The notes: generated by a model not told the origin, from the letters alone. A stretch of DNA of 63,785 nucleotides, filler included, from Octopus bimaculoides (GCF_001194135.2; 5 parts of 5 records of this genome joined end to end with filler, not necessarily neighbours in it), one strand, 5' to 3'. Counted from the whole stretch's first letter, positions 13,205-24,413 are shown. Made by a program: numbers and translations.

Positions 13205-13348
13205 CTGTAGCTACAGCACGCAAAAGTAAAGCATCCATTGAATTTGTGTTAATAGTTGTCAAGGATTGGATCTGAGAGAGTGGTTCATCATTTTGTAGAT
13301 ATGTGCATACTTCAGGGTTGCTATCAGTGACAGTGTGTAAGCAGTGAG
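13205..13348 (-). CDS. HEATR3: HEATR3 internal exon (144 nt, phase 1 to 1)
   Basis: Acceptor tttttactctatcag, donor gtatgt. Encodes (A)HCLHTVTDSNPEVCTYLQNDEPLSQIQSLTTINTNSMDALLLRAVAT(G), matching AYCLQTVTEDNPE...SMEYILLKTLVAG. Confidence 0.92.
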
Positions 13349-13374
13349 CTGATAGAGTAAAAATATGTAACCTT

Positions 13375-13640
13375 GTATAGTAATGAGCTGGTCATAAAAA
13401 TCGTATATTATATCATACAGCAATAAACTGGTATAATAAAGAAATTTCATGACACTATACTGTATAGTAATGATATTATATTACAACATATAGTTATGAG
13501 CTGGTCATAAAGACAATGTTACATGATGCAGCAATGAGCAGGTGTAGTTAAGACATTACAATACATCATACAGTATAATGAGATTACATTACATCATAAA
13601 TTGGGCTGGTATAGTAAAGATATTATACCGTTCTATATTT
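13375..13640. repeat. Degenerate minisatellite (~40-bp unit)
   Basis: Recurring atagt(a/t)atgagctggtcataaa...attatattacatcata units next to the 13348 exon acceptor. Confidence 0.6.
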
Positions 13641-13734
13641 TAAAGATGAGGAATTATGGAATTATGTACAATATAAACTAAACTTGGCTTGCGAAGACCT
13701 GTTAGGGCAAGTGAAATCGAAATCGTGATGGCAC

Positions 13735-14190
13735 CTGTACCAGTGGAGTGCTAAGAGCACCGTCTGTGCGTGATCATTGCCAGAGCAGCTGTCTGGTTTC
13801 CGTGCCAGTGGCACGTAAATAGCACCATTTGAGCGTGTTTGTTACCAGCGTTACCTTACAGGCACTTGTGCCGGTGGCACATGAAAAAACATTCGAGCGA
13901 GGTCGTTGCCAGTGCCGCTGGACTGTCTCCTGTGCAGGTGGCACATAAAATACACCATTTTGAGCATGGCCATTGCCAGTACCGCCTGACTGGCCTTCAT
14001 GCTGGTGGCATGTAAAAGCACCCACTACACTCTCAGAGTGGTTGGCGTTAGGAAGTGCATCCAGCTGTAGAAACTCTGCCGAATCAGATTGGAGCCTGGT
14101 GTAGCCACCTGGTTCACCAGTCCTCAGTCAAATCGTCCAACCCATGCTATCATGGAAAGCGGACGTTAAACGATGAAGAGGATGATAATG
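13735..14190 (+). mobile_element. (GAT)n-tailed retroposon, long copy with internal subrepeats
   Basis: Repeated gtggcac(g/a)taaa..agcaccatttgagc units followed by the same core and tail. Confidence 0.85.
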
Positions 14191-14958
14191 ATTTACATTG
14201 GACAGATAGGTGTCCTCACCTTGTTTGATTACTGGGGTACTCTGTTCTCATTCCTAAGATTTTTAATTTTCTTTTTTTTTTGCTAATGTTATTGTTATTA
14301 TTTATTCAAGTCACTGCCTGGAATCAAACTCGGAATCTTGGGGTTATTAGCTCGCGCTCTTAACCAGTTTGCCATATAGATGTGGGCAATTATAGAGTGA
14401 ATTTTAGGGCTTATAAACCTATCATTTTTGTATCTTTCCTTAATACCGGTTCCCATATTCTACTCATATCTGTTTAGGAGGTTATTGTGTCCTAGCATAT
14501 GTGCTGCCTCTTTTAGTTTTCGTATTTTCCAGTGGTGTTCTCTGTCTATTATTTTAACTTCATCCCACAGGAGGATAACAGACAGAGAACACCACTGGAA
14601 AATATGAAAACTAAAAGAAGTAGCACATATGCTAGGGCACAATAACCTCCTAAGCAAACCGAGTGCAGATATGAGTAGAATATGGGAACCAGTGTTAAGG
14701 CAAGATAGAAAAATAAGAGGTTTATAAGCCCTAAAATTCACTCTATAATTGCTCACAGGCATATAGCATAGTGGTTAAGAGCACAGGCTACTAACCCCAT
14801 GATGCCAGGTTCAATCCCAGTCAGTGACTTGAATAAATAATAATAACATAGACAAAAATTTTTTTTTAAATTTGGGTTCGAAGGCTGGAGAGTACATCAG
14901 CTGAAAGGCTGTGGTAACAACAAACAAGGTGAGGACAACTATCCATCCAATGTAAATA
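14191..14958. mobile_element. Penelope-like element arranged as a fold-back (inverted duplication)
   Basis: Arms ~14191-14552 and ~14575-14958 are reverse complements around a 22-nt spacer. Encodes the GIY-YIG-type tail LWDEVKIIDREHHWKIRKLKEAAHMLGHNNLL. Each arm contains a tRNA-like module. Confidence 0.8.
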
Positions 14959-15789
14959 CTGTAAAGATATTATATCCAAATAGAAAATTGTGTAGCAAAC
15001 ACGATATATGACATTATATAGTACGAGCGAGTAAAAATATTAAATGACATCATATAGTAATGAACTAGCATTAAAGATGTTATATAACATTATATACCAA
15101 TAAATTAGTCACAAACATCATACCCCAATGAGGTGGGATATTAAAAATATATTACACTATGCAATAAATGGCAGGTAAATGTACCTAACATTAAACAATA
15201 AGCAGGTAAAGTGTAAAAGCAACCAGTACACTCTGTAAAGTGGTTGGCATTTGGAAGGGCATCCAACTGTAGCAACCATGCCCTTCAGCTGGTCAGCTTC
15301 TGTCAAATCATCCAACCCACACCTGAATAGAAAGTGGACATTAAATGAGGATGATGATGATGATGATGAGTGTAATGGGTGCTTTTATGTAACCACCGGT
15401 ATCTATCACATAATACAGTATAATTACAGCAAAGGCTACTGGAGTAATGTATACACCAGTTAAGAAAGATATATTTCACTTCAAGTTAGAAAATGTTGCA
15501 ATTAACATCATTTGAGAAAGTAAAGATTCCTCAAAAAGATCAGTTGTTCAAGTAAGTAATTTACACCAATAGTATTACACATAAATGCAGACTGCAACAC
15601 ATCTAAGACAGATGGTAGAATTCTGCTATATGACAATACAGATTGTGCTAGATAACAGTGCTGTTTGTGGAAGCATATTCAGTATGTTCCAATATCTAAT
15701 CTTAATGAATTCTCTGCAAGGCTTGGTGTCAACATAATCGCTTCCTTGCTTAATCACAACTGAAGCTAAAAGTTTCACTATGTTTATAA

Positions 15790-15900
15790 CAATGGGTGCC
15801 AAGATAAAGCTATGGGTGCCAAGATACTATGAGTGCAAAGCTACAGCTATGGATGCCAAGTTATAGCTCAGAGTGTTAAGGCTGATAATGACCGCAAAGG
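15790..15900. repeat. Degenerate ~20-bp tandem repeat
   Basis: (a/c)atgggtgccaagata-like units repeated about 5 times. Confidence 0.6.
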
Positions 15901-16197
15901 TGCTATTTGTAGTTAGTGAAATATAAAAAGGTAAACCATAGATATAAGCTACTAATATATAGCTTAAGATAGAGCAATGAGCAAGTAGAACTGTTAGCAC
16001 ACTGAGTAAAATACTTAGTGGCTTTTCATCTGTCTTCAATGTTCTGAGTTGAAATTCTGCCATGGCTGACTTTATCTTTCATCCTTTCAGGGTCAATAAA
16101 ATAAGTACCAGTTGAGTGCTGGGGTCAATTTAATCGACCTACGCCTCCCTCTAAATTGCTGGCCTTGTGCCAAAATTTGAAATCGATATATAACTTC

Positions 16198-16425
16198 ATC
16201 ATCTTCGTCGTTTAATGTCCGCTTTCCATGCTAGCATGGGGTTGGACGATTTGACTGAGGACTGGTGGACCAGGAGGCAACACCAGAATCTAATCTGATT
16301 TGGCAGAGTTTCTACAGCTGGATGCCCTTCCTAATGCCAACCACTCAGAGAGTGTAGTAGGTGCTTTTACGTGCCACCGGCACGAGGGCCAGTCAGGCGG
16401 TACTGGCGACGGCCACACTCAAAAT
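16198..16425 (-). mobile_element. (GAT)n-tailed retroposon, inverted copy
   Basis: Reverse complement of the core at 14000-14190. Confidence 0.85.
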
Positions 16426-16740
16426 GGTGTATTTTAAGAGAAAATAATATGGCTTTAAAAGAGAAGGACAATTCAATAAAAGTCTTGTCCAGTGACACAG
16501 CACTGGTTGTAACAAAGTTTGGGTCAGTAGTCGAGGTTACAACTTTGCAAATATTTTGTATCTCTCTTCAGAATTTATTTAACCATTTAATGAACATTGT
16601 AAATAATGAGATAGCTTCTATGATATGCCAAAAGCGTATATCTCAACTGAGATATAACACTACAAACATTGTTATTATATACCAACTGTGGATATTGATA
16701 AAAGAAACACTTAAAAAAAAAATAGATCAGAAACACTTAC

Positions 16741-16850
16741 CCACAGCAAGTACCAAAGGATATCCATAGATATTGGGGTTCAAACAATACACAAGGGGAT
16801 GGGCTAATTTTTCTTTGTTGAATATTTGAACAGCTGTCTCTGAATTTTCA
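16741..16850 (-). CDS. HEATR3: HEATR3 internal exon (110 nt, phase 2 to 1)
   Basis: Acceptor tttactttaattacag, donor gtaagt. Encodes ENSETAVQIFNKEKLAHPLVYCLNPNIYGYPLVLAV(A), matching ECSSRAVSIFNKEG...VDLAISVA. Confidence 0.92.
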
Positions 16851-17034
16851 CTGTAATTAAAGTAAACAGTTTTGAAAGGCCCATGATGATAGGAAAAAAT
16901 ATTTTAAAGCAATGTAAAAGTGTTTTGTATCTTTTAAATATCACAGAAACTAAAGACAAACATAGTTGAAAAGTAGATGAAAGAAAGCAAAAGTGAAATA
17001 GTTATGATACAGAACATAGGAATGTGGAACTAAC

Positions 17035-17135
17035 CATAGATTCCATAAGAGATGAACAGCTTGAATAAATGTATCAGTTTTTAATTGAGCCAACTTTTCA
17101 TCCCATAATTTTGAAGGTTCCCAGCCAACTTCATA
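17035..17135 (-). CDS. HEATR3: HEATR3 internal exon (101 nt, phase 0 to 2)
   Basis: Acceptor tttttaccttttag, donor gttagt. Encodes YEVGWEPSKLWDEKLAQLKTDTFIQAVHLLWNL(C); the end matches HEATR3 TVNVLWNIC. Phase fits both neighbours. Confidence 0.9.
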
Positions 17136-17464
17136 CTAAAAGGTAAAAATAACATTCAAGAACAGTATTTTATAGAAAAGCTATGATGGCAAACTACGTT
17201 TCATCAGTAAACCATCAAAAAAATGACAGAGCTTATCTGAGCACAGAATAAATTATGCAAACACAATGTGAATAAATGAGTGAAGAATGATGACATTAGA
17301 ACAATCATGTCAAGGTACTAAAAAAAGGAGCTTAGCTGAGGTAAAAGGGTCATTAGGTAATACAAAGAAAGTGAGAGTGGAAAAACATAGCTGTCATAGT
17401 GCTAGTGTAAAGTCTGTAAGACAACCTCTTCATGTGTGCTTATACATATTCTAACAAAATTGTG

Positions 17465-17810
17465 CTGGTGCCATGAAAAGAGCACCCATGCCAGCGCCAC
17501 ATAAAAAGCAACCATACCAGTGCAATATAAAAAGCACCCACATCAGTGACACGTAAGAGGCACCCATACCAGCACTGTGTAAAAAGCATCTACGCTGGCA
17601 CCACATAAAAGTATCTGTGCTGGCACCACACAAAAAGCACCCAGTACACTCTGTAAAGTAGTTGGCATTAAGAGGAGCATTCAGCCATATAAACCATGCT
17701 AAAACAGATGACTGGAGCCTGGTGCAGCCCTCCAGCTTGCCAGCATGTGTCAAATTACCTAATCCACATCAGCAAAAAAAAAGGACATTAAATGATGATG
17801 ATGATGAGAT
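17465..17810 (+). mobile_element. (GAT)n-tailed retroposon, older diverged copy
   Basis: Degenerate core with subrepeats and a GAT tail; further partial copies at ~6300-6535, 8760-8950, 10920-11000 and 15215-15370. Confidence 0.7.
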
Positions 17811-18273
17811 ATAGAAATATCATCATCAGCTATGTGCCCTCCTTGTGTCCAGGGGTTGGCTTGCCAAGACTCTCCAGTCTCGTAACTAGTTGCTTCTATT
17901 TGGATATCACTGGTATTTCTTTGGCATGATACATGATGGGACCCAATCCCTTTCACAATGACTGGCCGATGTCACCTTTTGTATGTGTCTTGACTAACCC
18001 AGTCTTATGGCATGTCACATACCCCACTGTCAAACCTTCAAGTCCATTGACCTGTTTGCTTCTTCTGCATTCTTTGGCATGCCAGGATTCATGTATTTAG
18101 GGATAGACATTCCCACCCATGAGCACAGTCCCTTGGCTTCACACACAGAGTTCAGCTGATCAGGCAAAGCCAAGAATTAGGGATGGGCTATGGTTGTACT
18201 CTGCTGCAGCCTTCAAGTCATATGTGACTTAGATGCAAGGAAAGAAAGAGATAAACTTCTTCATATTCTTTAA

Positions 18274-18493
18274 CCCTTTAGTGTTTAAACCGGCTGTATC
18301 CAGCCCAAATATTCTACACGTTTTATGCTCAAATTGGCCAGAACCAGCTTCTCACACCTACCCTGCAATGTCATTCTAAAAATAAGCAATTACATCTTTC
18401 CTATCTTGAAGCTACAAAATAATAACAGATAAATTTTTTTAAATGTGAATAAATAAGGGTTACTTTTGACAAATTAATCTGAATGCTAAAGGG
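18274..18493. mobile_element. piggyBac-type MITE
   Basis: TTAA|CCCTTTAG...CTAAAGGG|TTAA: intact TTAA TSD (18270-73 and 18494-97) and CCC/GGG termini. Confidence 0.8.
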
Positions 18494-19274
18494 TTAATAC
18501 AAATTCTAAGATATAAGTACAGACATTGGTACATAGTATATAAATAACTAATAGAGTTATTTCAAAATCATAAAAGGAGTAAGTTGCTAACTGAATGTGT
18601 GCTAAGAAATTATGACAAACACTTCAATTTGAACCAGATTCAACAATATGAAACTGATTGACCTGCCAGGAATAGCAGCCAAATTTCCTTCATCTTACAC
18701 CTTATCATCTTGGAAAGAAAGCACATTAGATAGTTAAGTCCTAGGAATGCTACGCCTAAGAGTATGACAGGCCAGTCATGGTTGGAATGTCATTTATCAT
18801 AGGACATCAACTCAGTCAGGGCAAACCTGGGATTAAACAACAAATTTATACCTGGTTATAGTTAAGTCCTGTCAACTAAATTTATAGGTCTAGAAATATT
18901 TACAGTGTAAATATAACTGGCATTATGGTCACTCTCCTTTGCAGGTATGCTAGCTACCTGGTGGTGGATGTCTTGTACATGGTCAATTCATCTTAGAATA
19001 GGCTGTAGCATACCTGTCATTACATGTAACCCATAATTAAAATCTGAATCTAATGACATAAGAACAGAATGAGGCAACAAGTGGCCTTCTGGTTGTGTAA
19101 GATCCCACATGTAATAAACTATGCCTCCAATTAGCACAAAGACACAATTTTGTAATTTACAGCTATTGTCAATTGAATCAAACTCACTACAATAATAATA
19201 ATGAAAAGTAAATTTAATTCCAGGGGAGTTAGAACTCAAAATACAGAAGTTGATGCATCATTGAATAATCTTAC

Positions 19275-19362
19275 CATCTTTAATAAACCAATAACCATAG
19301 TTAATACATCACTGTTAACCATTTTCTCACAGACTGCAACGCCTCCATCAACAGAGAGATTT
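19275..19362 (-). CDS. HEATR3: HEATR3 internal exon (88 nt, phase 2 to 0)
   Basis: Acceptor ttgtttctttttcag, donor gtaaga. Encodes (R)NLSVDGGVAVCEKMVNSDVLTMVIGLLKM, matching HEATR3 [30 protein letters not shown]. Confidence 0.92.
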
Positions 19363-20371
19363 CTGAAAAAGAAACAAGAAAGAAGTGATTAAATATATGG
19401 AAAAGATAAAAGAAAAATATTAGTGATATCAGATATTAGGGTGTTGGACCACAGAGGAGAGCTGGCGCTATCATTAAGCAGTAGATTTCTCTAATCCATG
19501 TTAATATGATTCAAGTAAAAGTATGTTAAAGATAGCAATGATAAAATTTTAAATGTGATTTTTGTTACTACAGAGTCAACTATATTTAACTTGTACTCAT
19601 AGAAGCCCTAAGCACTTAAAAATATTTTGGTGACCTCCACATATATGTAATTCAAAATATAAACAATAATAAACCATAAAATGAATTTCAGTTTTTCAAA
19701 ATGAAACAAAACTAACAGTATGATGGAAAATAATGTATACTCGCACTTTATTCATATTTGAAAAGTTTTCTTGCAAAGTTTTTGATCAGATCCTCTCTAT
19801 GACACTATGAAAACTTCAAAATTATATTTCTGATCATATAAACCACTTCATATATTATTTTGGCAAGTTTAAATTGATTTCTTCTGTGTTGTCATCCATT
19901 TGTCATTTCTGTGGTGCCCCGTTTTCCTTGATTCCCTAAGAACATGCTAATTTTGCTTAAAGGTTAACCCAGGCCTGTTTGTACTTCATTTTAGTGATAT
20001 CACGATGGAAGGCAAGGCTATCTTTGATGGGTCAGAAACTCAGAATACAAAACACTTAATACTGCTGACGGATCTATTTTAAAACGGGGGCCACATTTTT
20101 CATTAATGTTTTACGTAGTGTTTTTGGTACCGAAAGACTTTCAAACTTCGTATACTTATCTATTTTGTGTTATAGAACAGAAAAATATTTTTGTATTCGA
20201 ATTTATTTCATGTAAAAAATTGTCTTATTTCGATAATTTCAACCAATCACTGACAAGTATTCAGTTGTTTACATTTACTCCTTTGGCTGATTAAGCGGTG
20301 TAAAGCGTATTTAATCTCCATACCTTCGTTTTATTCGCTTTTTTCATTTTAAATTTGCTTTAACCCTAACC

Positions 20372-21300
20372 NNNNNNNNNNNNNNNNNNNNNNNNNNNNN
20401 NNNNNNNNNNNNNNNNNNNNNNNNNNNNNNNNNNNNNNNNNNNNNNNNNNNNNNNNNNNNNNNNNNNNNNNNNNNNNNNNNNNNNNNNNNNNNNNNNNNN
20501 NNNNNNNNNNNNNNNNNNNNNNNNNNNNNNNNNNNNNNNNNNNNNNNNNNNNNNNNNNNNNNNNNNNNNNNNNNNNNNNNNNNNNNNNNNNNNNNNNNNN
20601 NNNNNNNNNNNNNNNNNNNNNNNNNNNNNNNNNNNNNNNNNNNNNNNNNNNNNNNNNNNNNNNNNNNNNNNNNNNNNNNNNNNNNNNNNNNNNNNNNNNN
20701 NNNNNNNNNNNNNNNNNNNNNNNNNNNNNNNNNNNNNNNNNNNNNNNNNNNNNNNNNNNNNNNNNNNNNNNNNNNNNNNNNNNNNNNNNNNNNNNNNNNN
20801 NNNNNNNNNNNNNNNNNNNNNNNNNNNNNNNNNNNNNNNNNNNNNNNNNNNNNNNNNNNNNNNNNNNNNNNNNNNNNNNNNNNNNNNNNNNNNNNNNNNN
20901 NNNNNNNNNNNNNNNNNNNNNNNNNNNNNNNNNNNNNNNNNNNNNNNNNNNNNNNNNNNNNNNNNNNNNNNNNNNNNNNNNNNNNNNNNNNNNNNNNNNN
21001 NNNNNNNNNNNNNNNNNNNNNNNNNNNNNNNNNNNNNNNNNNNNNNNNNNNNNNNNNNNNNNNNNNNNNNNNNNNNNNNNNNNNNNNNNNNNNNNNNNNN
21101 NNNNNNNNNNNNNNNNNNNNNNNNNNNNNNNNNNNNNNNNNNNNNNNNNNNNNNNNNNNNNNNNNNNNNNNNNNNNNNNNNNNNNNNNNNNNNNNNNNNN
21201 NNNNNNNNNNNNNNNNNNNNNNNNNNNNNNNNNNNNNNNNNNNNNNNNNNNNNNNNNNNNNNNNNNNNNNNNNNNNNNNNNNNNNNNNNNNNNNNNNNNN
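20372..21300. other. Assembly gap (N run) inside HEATR3
   Basis: 929 N. The expected phase 0 to 2 exon (LQHP..ECAC..AGALR) is absent from the sequenced parts of 19363-22793. Confidence 0.95.
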
Positions 21301-21469
21301 AGAATAAGTACTAGGCTTACAAAAGGGGTCGATTTGCTCGAATAAAGGTGGTGCTCCAGCATGGCCGCAGTCAAATGACTGAAACAAGTAAAAGAGTATA
21401 TATATATAATGTGTTGTGTGTGTGTGTGTATATATATATATATGTATATATATATGGGAGAATTTACGA

Positions 21470-21600
21470 AAAAAACAACAACAGACGAGGACAGGTGGTG
21501 TAAACAACAAAAGGATGTATTAGTTTAACGCTCGGGAATAGAGAAATTCTTTGACGTTTCGAGCTACGCTTTTCAACAGAAAGAATACGGAGAAAAACAC
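21470..21600 (-). mobile_element. Penelope-like terminal-repeat fragment with hammerhead-like motif
   Basis: Minus strand ttcttt CTGTTGA aaagcgtagctc GAAACGTC aaagaa, the layout seen in PLE pseudo-LTRs. Confidence 0.55.
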
Positions 21601-22793
21601 GTACACACACACACATATATAAACGAAAATAAGCTAAGAGAAATAAAGAGTGGTCAGTATTTGAACACTCATTATGGAACAGAAGTAGGCAAAAATAACA
21701 TTCAAGATAGATTCTTGATTTGTTAAAATTGTCTCTACTTCCAGAGAGGACAAATCATTTGTTTGGTTCAAAATGAAAATAGAAAGTAATCTCAAAAGAT
21801 TCTCCAAAACTGACAAATCCATTGTAGAAAAGAGAGAAATTGTCTGAAGGCAAGGAGAGCGTCATGTTTCTGTCTAAGTAGGCGCTATCAGCACAGTAAC
21901 TGTCCTACTTAATCTCCAACAAACATTTATACACACACACATATATATATAGAGGGGGGGGGCACTTTTATGGTGTAGGTGTTTTGTATAAAAGCAAACA
22001 AAAATGGGCTTAGAAAAATAACATGCCGGTAGCATAAATTTAAACAACGAAGACGAATGAGACTATGATTGGATTTTAATAAATGATAGTTTAAGGGGGG
22101 GGGGGTAACAAATGACTAGATCGATCCAAAAATAAGGTTTAATTCTATACTTCAATACGAAAGGAAAGGTGCAAATTAGTTTATTTGAGGTGGGGGTGGA
22201 GAAAGATATCTTTCAGTATAACAAACATGTCACTTTCACATCAACTGTTAACTAGTACCAACCGTTTGAATTAGCTTTCTTTTAAGCGATTCCTATCTAT
22301 TTAACATTAAACTTTATTTTTATGTATTTATTTTTTTGTAATTATTCATTTTTAGTGGGAATTATTTTAACAAGGTAAAATAATTCAACAGAAAAATGAT
22401 CCACGAAATAAATTCGACACAAAAATAATAACAAAAGAATTCAACTGAAATAAAAACAACATATTTTTAATGGCTCCAAAATATTCTCAAAGATAAACGT
22501 GTTTTCTATATTTTGATACATCTACTGACGGTTTGCATGTTGTTATCATCAAGACAGCTCCGACAGAGTAGATCTATAATTAAAGGCATTGCAGACGTAA
22601 TTATACCATCTTTCTGTATATAGCAGCAACAAAATAATTTAATTTATCTTATAATTCTCTTTATCCTGAGATGGTAGGGTTTGATTGGAGGAAGATTTTA
22701 ACTGCTGTTTCTAGAAAGCTAGTAAATTACTTAACATGCTCCCTCACTGGATCGCTAGTGTGTGAAAAATACATGTATGTATAAAATACTTAC

Positions 22794-22925
22794 TTGATCA
22801 ATAAGTGTAACAAACGAAGGTCCATTAGTAACAGACTGTTCCTCTTCGTTTAAATTAGCAATGATCCCGGTGGGTTGTGGCCGAGGTAGTCCATATCGCT
22901 TTCGATGTTTACTTTTCCCCATCAT
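22794..22925 (-). CDS. HEATR3: HEAT repeat-containing protein 3 (Syo1-like), first coding exon
   Basis: Reads (M)MGKSKHRKRYGLPRPQPTGIIANLNEEEQSVTNGPSFVTLIDQ, then a GTAAGT donor (phase 0). Resembles the remembered vertebrate HEATR3 N-terminus MGKSRTKRFKRPQFSPTG...ELLEK. Tandem ATGs at 22925 and 22922. Confidence 0.88.
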
Positions 22926-23110
22926 CAACGTTAGTTATTGATCAAAGTTGCAAAATTAGTGGAATATCACATTACAGAAGCCACGTGCTGTTATTTCTGG
23001 CTGGCATCTTATGCTGGGACGGAAGTTCCGGTTGTTTAAGTGTATACTTCTCTTCTCCTACTGCCACATTACACGGTCGCTCGCACTTGCTGCTGTTGTT
23101 TATTATACAT
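22926..23110 (-). promoter_or_regulatory. Putative HEATR3 promoter/5'UTR with an E-box and ETS-type motifs
   Basis: Short non-repetitive, CpG-containing stretch directly upstream of the ATG. CACGTG at 22982-22987; CGGAAGT at 23020-23026 overlapping TTCCGG at 23026-23031. Confidence 0.5.
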
Positions 23111-23207
23111 ACAAACATAAGTAAACGTACACACACAATATATATATATATATATATAATTAAAATTATAAATTTGTATACATATATATATATATTTATA
23201 TTGCGGC

Positions 23208-23257
<50 letters not shown>

Positions 23258-23258
<1 letters not shown>

Positions 23259-23530
23259 TGCGGCATAATTTCTTTTCCTCAACAGGCCCTGCCCTGTTCA
23301 ACATTGTCCCGAAACATATAATAGAGGGAAAGGATCCTATCAGCTTTAAACGGAGTCTAGACAGCTTTCTTCAAAGAACACCAGAAAAGCCACCCATACC
23401 TGGATACAACTCACTCAGTAAGAACTCACTACTTGAATGGACCATAGACCAAACTTGACTGTAAAAAGGATTTAGATAATCCTATCAGGTGGTGCTATTA
23501 AGTTAGACATGGCCTGGACCAATCTTTGAT
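23258..23530 (+). mobile_element. LINE (CR1/L2-group) 3' fragment
   Basis: HNFFSSTGPALFNIVPKHIIEGKDPISFKRSLDSFLQRTPEKPPIPGYNSLSKNSLLEW is a typical post-RT C-terminus; a related piece lies at 46520-46830. Confidence 0.7.
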
Positions 23531-24413
23531 CGAAACAAATTTAAGTTTATATATATATATATATATATATTTATACACACACACACACATATGCACACAA
23601 AGGCATAACTACAGTTTGGTGCCACTGCTAACCACTGACTGTTTTATCTTAACTTTATGACAGAAACGCATTTTTAAAATAAAACTTTACAGATACTTTT
23701 TTGAATGTGTAGACAATGAATGACTGCGCTGACAAAATTTTAAAAAGAATTCTTTTTAGGGATTTCGGGTCAGTCTTCCTCTCTCCTGACTGTTCCCTTA
23801 TATCTCTCTTCAGTTGTTGAGGATCATTTATCAAAAATACGTTTCCGAAAGTGTAGATGTTGCGTTTCAAAAGATACACATTCTAAATCTACACCCTTGA
23901 AAACGTTTCTCAACAAAATTTCATTAGGAATATGTCTTTTGGGGAAAGTTATGAAGAAAAGAAAAAAAGTTTTGAGGTGTGTAACTACGGTTTGGCGTCT
24001 CGGAATGAGTATCTGTATAACTTTCTCATAACCTTTGATGAAATTTTGTGGAGATACATTTTCGAGGGTATACGTAACGATTATGTTAATAATACGTAAA
24101 ATTTGATGGGCAGGAGTTACGAATCATTCTTTACCGTATATCTCCCAACTTTATTTCCTCAAGACTCCCTTTAAGATGCCTATTTTTAAATGACATTTTA
24201 CAGAAATACGGTAAAATAGAAACATAATATTGATGTTTCAAACATGTAAATATATTAAAAAAAAAAAAGAGTGATAATATGTAAGTTCAGAAATTGGTGG
24301 TAACGAAATCAGAGGAGGAGCTGAATGTTCCGAAACTCTTCAAAAAGAAATTTTTCTTTATTAAATTTTATCAACTTAATCATAATCTACACCCCCAAAA
24401 ACGTATCTCTATA

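Noticed and set aside
14758-14830. Possible tRNA gene
   Set aside because: The acceptor stem is not closed and it is duplicated within a Penelope fold-back; treated as a tRNA-derived repeat module. The same applies to the heads at 42910 and 52940-53010.
15500-15680. Minus-strand frame RILPSVLDVLQSAFMCNTIGVNYLLEQL, superficially like HEATR3 ALNMLESALL
   Set aside because: The true homologous exon is 13205-13348; there is no suitable donor here.
22529-22612. Minus-strand exon-like block KDGIITSAMPLIIDLLCRSCLDDNNMQT
   Set aside because: Phase 0-0 with a weak donor; it does not resemble the missing HEATR3 segment and cannot supply the required phase 2.
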